From positions 77,810,001 through 77,874,000 of the forward strand of contig OX597828.1 in assembly GCA_951406725.2 (NCBI GenBank): DNA of 64,000 nt, given 5' to 3'. Source of the stretch: Octopus vulgaris (taxonomy: Eukaryota). Both the position numbers and the translations under genes were made by a program. Every line of letters begins with the position of its first letter. The stretch's first letter is position 1. The notes under the pieces were generated by a model. It saw only the letters and a list, made by a program, of their open reading frames with translations. It searched no databases and was not told the DNA's origin. This document shows, piece by piece, positions 43,344-55,155 of this stretch.

Positions 43344-46300
43344 TACAGACACACTGCTATATGTAAACAGTATTAAACCTGATGAACAGTAAAGTCAGTG
43401 GTGGGACTTGAACCTGTCTCAACTAATTACACCACTTATACCTTACTGAGTTTGGTTTCCCTCCCATACTTTCTCTTGAAAGCAATAAATACTCATGTTC
43501 AAACACCATCAGTGCATTAGCTGAACCCTTCTAATTGCAAATCAATGCTAACGAAGGAAGGTGTCTTGGAGGTGGGTGCAGACATGACCTTAATTAAGAA
43601 GTTTGCTTCCCAACCACATGGTGTCAAATTCATGGTAGCCCGAGCAAGTGAGTGTCTTCTATGATAGTCCCAGGCCAGCCAAGCCTTTATTCTATGAATT
43701 TGGTGGGCAGGAACTGGAAGAAATTCTTTGTGTGCCTGTGTACATTTGGCATCTCTGAAAGTCTCCAGCTACAAGCGGTGTTGTTATTGTTAGAGAATGC
43801 TTACTTGAAGAACTCGTAAAGATTACACCAGGAAGGGTATGTGACTGTAAGACAATGCTTTAATAAAACATTCATCTAACCCATGCTAGTAGGGAAAAAA
43901 TGGACGTAAGAAAAATGCTAAATACACACACACACATGCACAAACTGTTTTCTTGTCTCAAAATTATGTGTGTCACATTCAACAAGGCAATTTAACTGTC
44001 CTGTGGCACCTTTACTCACTTTGCAAAAAGAAACTTGTTTCACTGTAGCTATGCAATAGACAGGATGTGAGACAATAAAGAGAGATATTTTCTGACAAGG
44101 AAGATGGAGAAATTTTCCAAAGAGAACTATCGTAACCGTCTCAGGCATATTGCTTGCATTTATGAAATCTTAAAGTTGATTCTTCCCTGGTTAAGATGGA
44201 GCCATTTGTATGAGGTACGAAAGAATGAGCTCTGTTCTTTAAATTGGAAACAAAACCTGAATCTCAAGAAACAATTTTTTTTTTCTTTTATGGCTAAATG
44301 CCAGACAAGGATTAATAAAAAAAAAAGATAATAAAAAGAACCCACAGAGGCAAAACTGTCGTTTACTGTTACTATTATATCTTTATTACAATAATTAATT
44401 AATGTAGTTAATTGATGAAAGCCCAGAAGTGTAAAACAACAAATATGTTGTCCCTTTGGTACAAACATGGTTGCGATTAATGAGGTTGAACCAACATAAT
44501 GTCGACTGCTGATATTTTATTTCATCAAAAAGAAAGCACGGAACACAAAGGGACATAACTTGGGCTTACATTTTGACGTCACCGCTCTAAAATAAGAAAA
44601 TATTTTACTGCTTTCATACACTGGACTGTGGCCTTGCTGGAGATCCAATTCAAGCGGATGGTCAATTACCTTCTTTGTATACACACGTGTGTATTTATTA
44701 TTAATGTCCACCGTCCCATACTTGCATGGACTGGACAGAATTTACTGAAGCAGACTTTTCTATGCCCAGATACCATTTCTGTTGCCAATCATTGTTTCTA
44801 AGCAAAGTAATATTTCCCCCATTATTAAGCATGTTTTTCACACAAGACTAGAAATGAACCACCTCGCTTCTATGACAGTGATGTTCATTTACAATATTAC
44901 ACACAACCAACCGTATACACACACATATTCAGTTTCCCTGTACAGGGCTATAATAGTAGATACATGCCCAAGAGGTGCTACAGAGTGGGATTGAACCCAG
45001 AACCATGTAGCTGAGAAGCTAGCTTCTTATACATGTACATTCATACACACCTGTATACGGCTAATTTTGAAATAGTAAAGTTGCCCTTGACAAATAATAA
45101 TAATATTTTCTCATAATGGCATCAGGCTGAAAACCTCAAAAGTATAAATAATAATCAGGCAGAAGAATCTAATTATTTTCTAAACCTTTTTCCGTATGAC
45201 TCATGTAACAAATGTGTTTTGGTTGAAAAGCCAGAGACTGGCTTTCGTCCAGGAAAAATCCTTTTAGAGATGTGTTAAAGAAATGCAGTATACTTCAGAG
45301 CTAAGTGATTTCGTTTTTACCTGGCTCACACGTAGATGTCTGTTAATAGTTGTTTCTACTCTAGGCACAAGTCTTTGAAAATTTGGGGGAAAGGGGGCTA
45401 GTCAATTACATCGACCCCAGTGCGTAACTGGTACTTGTTTCATTGACCCCGAAAGGATGAAAGGCAAAGTTGAACTCAGAACATAGATGACTGTTAATAA
45501 TGATAATGCTTTTTACTGTTAGCACATGACCCCCGAAAGGTTGAAAGGCAGAGTTAGCATTGGCGGAACTTGAACTCAGAACATACATTTGAAATGCCAC
45601 TGAGTATTTTGTCCAGCATTTTATCGATTCTACCAGCGTGCTGCCTTAATAATGATAATAATAATAAGAGTTTCTGATTTAGGCATGAAACTAACAATTC
45701 TGAGCGGAAGTAGCAGATACCATGAACTCCAGTAGTTGTCATTTTATTGACCCAAAAGGATGAAAGGAAGTTGACTTTGGCAGGATTTGAAACCAGAATG
45801 TAAAGAGCTTAAAGAAATATCACAATTCTGACAGCTTGCCACCCTTAATAACAATCGGGACACATAGCCAGCCATTTGACAGGAACTTAGTCAATATCAT
45901 GCAACTCAATATCCGTTATATACTTTATATTTCATCGACATATGACAGTGAAGGCGCCTGGTTTAGTGGTTAGAGGTTGGGAGTTCAAAACCCGGATCAG
46001 GCTGCATGTTGTGTTCTTGAGCAAGACACTTTATTTCACGTTGCTCTAGTTCACCCAGCTGTAGAAATGAATTGTGACATCACTGGTGCCAAGTTGTATT
46101 GGCCCCTTACATCAGTGGCGTGGTATACATGGGCGACTGCGGCCTTCCACAAACAACGTTGCCCAGACTTGTGCCTTGGAGGGTAAATTTCTAAGTACAT
46201 CCCATGGCCATTCGTGACCGAAGCACGGTCTCCGATTTCATGAAGGACAAACTTAAATTCAGAAGAGCTAAAAAAAATCATTGTAGAGCATTTTGTCTAA

Positions 46301-47039
46301 TGGAGGCACATGGCCAAGTGGTTAGAGCTGTGGACTCATGGTCAACTGTTCGAATCTCAGACCGGGCAATGCGTGTGTTTATGAGCAAAACACCTAAGCT
46401 CCACATGGCTCTGGTAGAAGGTAATGGCGAACTTCTGCTGACTCTTTCACCACAGTTTTCTCTCACTCTTTCCTCCTGCATCTAGCAGCTCACCTGCAAT
46501 GGACAGGCATCCTTTCCCGGTGGGGAACTTATATGACAATGAAACCAGGAAAGCAGCCCTTATGAGCCAAGTATGGCTTGAGAAGGAACAAACAACGTTT
46601 TGTTTAACACTTTATATAACGGTAATAAGTATTTTGTCCAACACACTAACAATTTCATCAACTAATAACCTTAGAAATAATTCTTTTTAAATTTTGACTC
46701 AAGGCCAGCAATTTTGAGCAAAGACGAAAAGTTGGTTATGTCCATTGCAATGCTCGACTGGTATTTCTTTAATCAACCCCAAAAAATAAAAGACAAAGTC
46801 GACCTCAGCGGAATTTGAACTCACAAAGTGGAGAGTCAGAAGAAATGCAACTAAGTAGTTTAATTATCAAAATTCTTGACTTTACAATTTTAATTATAGA
46901 ATTATCTATTTGAAACGGAATCTCACATTAGCAAACAGACAAGTTTGTCAGATCATTGTGTCTGTTAAGAATATTCTATGATGGTAGGGAGGTGACAGAA
47001 TTATTCAGGAATATTTTTTAAAAAAAAGGTAGGAGCTTT

Positions 47040-48028
47040 GATTTGTTCCTGTTTTTTATATTCTGAGCTCAATTCCCACCAATGTTAACTTTACCTAATT
47101 GACCCCTCCTGGGGTCAATTATATCAACTATGCCAATCCCCTCGAAACTGCTGGCCTTGTATTTAAATTAATATTACTATTATAACAAAAGTGGCAAGCT
47201 GGTAGAAATGTTAGCATGCCAGACAGAATTCTTAGCAACATTTTCTCCGGGTTTACATTTTGAGTTCAAATTCTGCAAAGGTAGACTTTGCTTTTCATCC
47301 TTTTGGGGTCGATAAATTAAGTACCAGTGAAACAATAGGATTGATGTAATCAACCTGGCCCCTCTCCCCAAATTGCTGGCCTTGTGCCAAAATTTGAAAC
47401 CATTATTATTATTAAGAAGGTGGCAAACTGGCAGAATCCTTAGCAAGCCAGGTGAAACGCTTAGTGGCATTTCACCTGTCATTACGGTCTGAGTTCAAAT
47501 TCCGCCGAGGCCAACTTTACCTTTCATCCTTTTGTGGGGCGATGAAATAAGTACCAGTTGACTTACCCCATTCCCCGAAATTTCAGGCTTTGTGCCTATA
47601 TTAGAAAAGATTATTATTATTATTAAGGCAGAATCTTGAGCAGCATTTCATCCATCTCTGCATTCTGAGTTCAAATTCTGCCAAAGTCAACTTTGCCTTT
47701 CATCCTTTTAGGGTCGATAAATTAAGTACCAGTCAAGCACAGGAGTCGATCTAATGGACTGGCCCTTCCCCAAAAATTTCAAGCATTGTGCCTATAGTAG
47801 AAAGGATTATTATTATTAAGACGGCGAGCTGGCAGAATCGTTAGCACACCGGGTGAAATGCTTAGCGATATTTCATCTGTCTTTACATTCTGAGTTCAAA
47901 TTCTACCACAGTTGACTTTGCCTTTCATGCTTTTGGGGTTGATCTAATCGACTGTCCCCTTCCCACCAAATTTCATGCCTTGTACCTATAGTAGAAAGGA
48001 AAATTATTATTATTATTATTATTATTAG
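47040..48028 (+). repeat. Head-to-tail array of about 5 SINE copies separated by (ATT)n
   Basis: The CTGAGTTCAAATTC...CTTTCATCC...GTGCC(A/T)A module recurs near 47260, 47490, 47665 and 47890, with a remnant at 47065. Confidence 0.85.
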
Positions 48029-48320
48029 CCCTGTTGCATGATGAAGAAGTTTTTTTGATTTTTTTGGCAGATGCACTTGAGAAATAGAAACCATTTATTA
48101 CTGATCAGGGTCAAGATTTAACCATAACTGAGGTCACAAAGAATTTTAGAGAGAAGAGTGGGGCAGTAAAATTTCTTTTCACCAGATTGTAAACAAAACA
48201 GGTTTTAAAAGTTTAATTTGCAATAAACATGATTATTGGTGAAACACCAAAAACCGAAAGCACTGTAACGGATAACATAGCTGATGATAATTATAATATA
48301 CTACAGAATATGTGTGTGTG

Positions 48321-48353
<33 letters not shown>

Positions 48354-48600
48354 ATATACACGTAGATATATATATAGATACATGTATATAATCAATTCTT
48401 ATTACTGTATGATTCAATTTCATGAACCCTAAATCATTATCATTATTATTATTATTATTAATTTCTTGTATATTTTTTTTCTTTTTCTGCTGAAATATTT
48501 TCAGGAACCAAACAGTTTGTCTTTTACTTTTTTTTTTCCTCCGTTTCGTTGAGTTACATATTTCAATAAAACTTCAAGCTATTTCCTACAAATTGAGTTT

Positions 48601-48876
48601 TACAGTTGTGTATTTGAGAGATGAGGAATTATGTACATTATTTACATTTGACGCCACATGCCTGTGGGCATATGGCGTAGTATTAAGAGCACAGGCTACT
48701 AACCCCAGGCAGTGACCTGAATAATAATAATAACATCGAAAAATAGCTTAGGAATGAGAACTCAGGTTCAAAATTTCCCCAAGACACCTGATGAAGGCTG
48801 GAGGTGTATATCAGCTGAAACATGTTAACAACAAACAAGAGGAGAACAAATATCTGTCGAATGTAAATAATGTAAA
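48601..48876 (+). mobile_element. tRNA-headed, hammerhead-tailed short element, copy B
   Basis: A box TGGCGTAGT, T-arm deleted; CTGATGA-AGGCTG-loop-CAGCT-GAAA-CATGTT at 48788-48826; 19-bp inverted arms at 48634-48652 and 48856-48874. Confidence 0.75.
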
Positions 48877-51137
48877 TTGAGTTTTGACTTTTGTTTCTGA
48901 CATTTTTGTTCAGTTAATTCTTTACCTGGTGTCAGTGCTTGGACCATGACCATGCTGGAGTAACATCTCCAAGAGCATAGTTGATTACTTTGATTTATTT
49001 TACAGCAATACTTTTTTTTTATCGACTTTGAAAATTAAAATGGTAAGTAGTTCTGGTCAGGATTTCAAAATCATAACTTCAATCATCATTTAACGTTTGT
49101 TGTCCACGCTGGCATGGGTTGGTTGGTTGGTTGGTGTGACTGGAACTGGCAAGCTAGGAGGCTGCACCAGACTTCATTCTGATTCAGCATCGTTTCTACA
49201 GCTGGATACCCTTCCTAACATGCCAACCACTGCAGAGCCACGTTTACATAACACCACACAGGCACTTTTATGTGTCACAGCACTGATGCTTTTATGTGTT
49301 GCTGCATGGATGCTTTTACATGTTGCCACATGAAGCTTTTATGCATCACTGCACAAATGCTTTTACATATTGTCACACAGGTGCTTTTATGCGGCACCAA
49401 TATATTTATTTATTTTTTTGCAACACATTTATCTTCTATATTTTATGTTTCAGTCATTGGACTGCAGCCATGTGGTCAGGAGGTGGGGCACTATCTTAAA
49501 GGGTTTTAGTTAAACAAATGAACTCCACAATTTATTTTTTCCTTTAAGTTTGGAATTGATTCTATTTATATTAATTTTATATACACAGATTAGCGAATCA
49601 TTAAATCATCCAATTATTTGGGTGACAAAACCATAAATACTAATGGCGAAGCAAGTCTGGAGAGAGCCGAACAATCAAGGAGTCTTAACTGATGAAGCAA
49701 CGGAGATTGCCAAAACTGATGTCAGTATGATGAATTCTCAATCAGCATTTTTCGGATAATTATGCTCCCTGTTAGTGTATATGCTTCCATTCATGTGCAT
49801 TAACTACAACATTAGAGCAGTTTAGCTCTTATTTCTAGCAATGTAGGTGTTTTCTAAAACCCTAACTACATTTAGTGACATTTGTAATTCTCTTTTTTGT
49901 TGAAACATTGCAACTGCTATCATCACATTACACCACCCTGCACACACTAGCACTGACCACTTCCCAGCACCCACACATACAGGCTCTTACATATGCATGC
50001 GCACCTTTGTTTTGGGATCACCACTACTTTATTATCTCCCCTCCTTCCTAGCTCTCCTGTCTGACATTTGCCATGAAAGATCACTAACCACTAAACCTTT
50101 TTTTATTCCCTATTTTTTCATGTTCCTTTCTATTGAAGAGCATAGTCTTGAAACGTAAAAGACTTTCTCACCTTCCCGAGCATTAAACTAATACACCTGT
50201 TTGTTGTTTACACACCTGTCTTCGTCTTTTGTTTTTATTTTTGTAAATTCCAACTAAAATGTATATATATGGGTGTATATAGCTTTTGTTTACCAAATCC
50301 ATTCACAAGGCTTTGATCAGCCCAGAGTTATAGTCGAAGACACTTGCCCAAGGCACCACACAGAGGGACTGATCCTGGAACCATGTGGTTGGGATGCAGA
50401 CGTCTAACCACACACTCCCAACTACACCTATAAAGGAGGAACTTGGTAAAATAACTTTGTCAATTATTAAGCTGGCTTTTGTTGCCAACTGACATGAAAT
50501 TTTCGTGGGAGCTTTTAATTCTGATTCCTTTAGGACAGGAAGTTTGTGTGTCCGAGAACAACCAGTGAGGATGGTCTCAGATGAGTTGGTCTGGTTTCAT
50601 TTCATTTTATGCTAATTATTTATGATCATTAAAAAGGAAGAGAGCATTATACGAATCTTATTTATGTCCTCCAAATCTGTGGCTCTCTACAATAGCCCAC
50701 CACTCATTATTTGTAACCTAATCAAAAAAAGAAATAAAATATAAATGCTACTGACCTCATTCGCATGCTGGGCAAAATGAAGAGTGGCATTTCATGTCTG
50801 TATGTTCTGAGTTCAAATTCCACCAAGGTCGACTTTGCCTTTCATCTTTCTGTGTCAATAAAATAAGTACCAGTTGAATACTGGGGTCGATGTAATCAAC
50901 TTACCCCTCCCAACAAAATTACTGACCTTGTGCCAAAATTTGAAACCAGTATTTCATAAATCCTTCTTCCTATCATTTCCGTCTCTTTTGGTCACCAGAT
51001 GCTGCCATTGTTGTTTAACCCTAGGTCAAACTTGATCAAGACATTCCAGACAGGACCATTCTACTTCCATTTTCTTATCACAACGTACAGGAATGGCATA
51101 TATGGTATCTGATGTCACTTTTATGCCATTATATATA

Positions 51138-52366
51138 CAGGGTGGCCATAAAGTCACGCACCATCCTGCAATATGTGAAATGGCTAACATTCTCTTTTTT
51201 TTTTTTTATCTCTTTTCACAACTGCCGGTATTACTCACAAACCAATCCTTATTGGATGGAGGCAAATAATCAACAAGGCGGGGGCAAGGTAATGGTGTGG
51301 TGTGGAATTTGGCACAATCAAATAATTGGACCGTTTTATTTTGAAGGCTCTGTGACAGGTGATTCGTATCTGGATATGTTTGGCAACAAGATGATGCCTC
51401 ACCTGCATTCACCTGGAAGGGGAAATCCTGTCTGGTTTCAGCAGGATGGGACTCGGCCTCCATTATGCATTACAGGTTCATGATTTTCTGAATGAACAGT
51501 TTCCATGGAGACGGCTCAGGTGTCGCAAGCCAATTGAATGGGCACCACAGTCACCAGACTTAATTCCCATGGACTTTTTTCTTCTGGGGCTATATTAAAT
51601 CCCTTTATTCTTTTATTTGTTTCAGTCATTTGGCTGTGGCCATGCTGGAGGACTGCTTTTAGTCAATCAAATCGGCCCCAGGACTTATTCTTTGTAAGCC
51701 TAGTACTTATTCTATCAGTCACTCTTGCCAAACTGCTGAGTGACGGGGACTTAAACACACCAGCATCAGTTATCAAGCGATGTTGGGGGGACAAACACAG
51801 ACACACAAACATATATATATACCTTACTGGCACCTGTGCCAGTGGCATGTGTAAAAAGATTTGAGTGAGGTCATTACCACTACCGCCTGACTGACCCCTT
51901 GCCGGTGGCACGTAAAAGCACCCACTACACTCTCAGAGTGGTTGGCATTAGGAAGGGCATCCAGCTGTAGAAACTCTGCCAGATCAAGATTGAAGCCTAG
52001 TGCAGCCATCGGGTTCGCCAGACTTCAGTCAAATCATCCAACCCATGCTAGCATGGAAAACGGACGTTAAACGATGATGATGATGATCATCATCATCATC
52101 ATCAGCGTTTAACGCCCGCTTTCCATGCTAGCATGGGTTGGATGGTTCAACTGGGGTCTGGGAAGCCAGAAGGCTGTGCCAGGTCCAGTCTGATCTAACA
52201 GTGTTTCTACAGCTGAATGCCCTTCCTAACGCCAACCACTCCGAGAGTGTAGTGGGTGCTTTTTATGTGCCACCTGGACAGGTGCCAGACGAGGCTGGCA
52301 AATGGCCATGATCGGATGGTGCTTTTTACGTGCCACCAGCACGGGGGCCAGACAAGGCTGGATGAC

Positions 52367-52399
<33 letters not shown>

Positions 52400-52710
52400 T
52401 ATACAAGCTTCTTTCAGTTTCCGTCTACCAAATCCACTCACAAGGCTTTGGTCAGCCCAAGTCTATAGTAGAAGACACTTGCCCAAGGTGCCACACAGTG
52501 GGACTGAACCCAGAACCATGTGGTTGGTAAGCAAGCTACTTACCACACAGCCACTCCCCCACTTGTGCATTCTGAAAAATTCATGACCAAGAACTTTCTT
52601 CAAAGAATTGTTGAAGCGTGTGAGAGATATTTGAGAGAGTTCATCACAATTTCAGATTCCATATAAAGACTTATCTAGAGCTACATGGCCAACACTTTGA
52701 ACATTTGTAA
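51138..52710 (+). mobile_element. Tc1/mariner DD41D (rosa-like) transposon fossil split by nested SINEs
   Basis: TA|CAGGGTGGCCA end; NCRY..KVMVWCGI..IIGPFYF..WFQQDG; EWAPQSPDLIPMDFF with 41 residues between the second and third D after correcting one frameshift. The ORF resumes near 52560 and ends HGQHFEHL*. Confidence 0.85.
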
Positions 52711-53231
52711 TGGATTACCAACTTCATTGCTAATAAGGAAGGGTATCCGGGTGTAGAATACTGATTGAGAAAGCCTTGTCCAACACATGCCAGCATGGAA
52801 AAAGTAGATGATGATGATGATGATGATGATTACAGTGATAATGATAACTGTATCCAGAATAATCTACCCTTTATTTTTATTTATTTTTTTTTTTTGTTTT
52901 TTTAATGAAATTCTTGAATGTGATCCAAATGAAAGTGGCTGCTATTTTTAGCAGATCAAGTAACCATTTAGAGGTTTTTTTAAAATTTGTCATGCTGTGT
53001 TCAAATTTGAACTCTGTACAGGGGCCATGATGTGTATAGTCTATTACTGGTACTTAGCTGATGGACCCATAACAAGATAAATTCAGTCAGGATGGGATTC
53101 GAAATCAGGACCTGTGGGGTCAAAAAAATATTGTAAATTACCAGCATATACAACTGAGGCAGTATTTAACTAAAATAGCCATCTATGTATCATACCTAAT
53201 GTATACACACTGTTGACAAGCCAGTTATTTG

Positions 53232-53812
53232 GAGTTACCACATGCGAAATAGACCTTAGTAGGATAGACATGATGGTCACCACATGAGGTAGACCTTAGG
53301 GCTACAGACATAGTGGTTACCACATGAGCTAGACCTTGGTAGTATATACATAGTTACCACAACATAGATCATAGGGATATAAATATGGTGGTTACCACAT
53401 GTAAGGTATACCTTAGAGGTATAGACATGGTGACTACCACATGTGAGGTAGACCTTGCTATTATACCCATGAGCAGACCTTGCAAGTATAAACATGATAG
53501 TTACCACATGACACTTTGGTATTATAGACATGGTTATCACATGAGAGGTATGACTCAGGTCTATAGACGTGGTGGTTACCACATGAGGTAGACCTAAGGG
53601 CTATTAACATGGTGGTTGCCACATGAAGTATATACATGGCTACAACATGTAAGATAGACCTTAATGAATAGACATGGTTGTTGCCACATGGTAAAGAGAC
53701 CTTGGTATAATAGATATGGTAGCTACTACATGTGAGACAGACCTTATTGGTTACTAGATGAGAACTAGGTCTTGAATATAAATATGGTAGCCACCACATA
53801 AGGTAGACCTTC
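53232..53812. repeat. Diverged ~40-bp minisatellite, about 14 units
   Basis: Consensus ATAGACATGGTGGTTACCACATGAGGTAGACCTTAGG.. visible by eye. Confidence 0.85.
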
Positions 53813-55155
53813 TACAGCACACACATGTAAACAAGTGAAATGTATACTTTACAGCAAAAACCTTAATAGGTTCCACCTGAACTGTCAGATGCTATCCATG
53901 TTTTGGCAGGACAACTTGCCCGGTTGAGATGCTCAGTTATTCAGTGTTAACCCAGCATCCATTCCGCTATTTATAGCCCAGCTGGATCAGATTGATCACA
54001 TTGTCAAAATGAACCAGAAACCATTTCTGAAATGTCTTTTCTACAGCGTCTTGGTGAGTGTGATGGTAGTCAGTAACATTCAGGGCAAATACTACAGGGA
54101 TAGTTTTAAGGCCTCCCTGAAAGCTCTCGGGCTTTTATCTAATCAGGGTTGCTGCTGGAAGATTGACCTGATGCAGTATTCGTAAGGAAAGCTGTAGTTG
54201 TGCCTGAGCAAGGTGAAGGGGCTGACAGCCTCAGGCATTGACAACCCCATTCACAACAAACATAAAGATGAAGATACTATGTGAGAGAGATTGATCCTGG
54301 TAACATAGACTCGCTGGTAATTAGAGCACGGCAGTCTAGATATCAGAACAGAGACAGTAAATATTAAAAACTGAGTGTAAAGTCCATCTGGCAAGAGAAG
54401 CTTATTGGAGAAAACACTTATTAAAATCATGCAATTACTAATTAATTAACCCCCAAAATCCAAAAGAAATAATTGGAATTAAGAAAATACATTTTACAGA
54501 CTTAATAAAGTCATATTAAATAATATGAATGTAAATACAAAATGATAATGATAATGATGATGATGATGAAGATGATGATGATGATAATGATGATGATGAT
54601 GATGATGAAGATGATGGTGTGGGTTAGTGGTTATGACAATATTTGTGTTTTTTTCTTTGGCTTTTTTTGTTGTTGTTTTTCTTTTTGGATTTACTTACTT
54701 ATAAGAAGAAGAGTGGTACTCTTGAGCTCTGAGACTAATAGAAAGAAGCCGTTCTCAAAGGCTGGCAACTGAGCAGATTCCATGGAGAGTAGTGAAAGAA
54801 GAGGTGATGGTGTTTAACCAAGAGACTAAACACTACCACACCAAAAGCACAGAAATGATCTCTGATGGGCAGCCAAACAGTTTCTGTCTATTAAATTTCA
54901 ATCATGAGGCTTTGGTTGACCGGGGGTTAAAGTAGACGACAACAGCTGAAGGTGAGGCACAGTTCTGTTGAAGCTGAAAACATGGCTTTGAAGTGACCTT
55001 TGCACCATACAGTCGTTTTACGGGTTCATTGAATTTGTTCCAGGCCTTGTCACAGAGACTATATTGTGGGTAGTATAAGGGTGGAGATGCTGGTGGTGGC
55101 TCCAACATTGTGTAACTGTGGTAGTGATCACCAAAGAATACTTGCAAAATAAATA

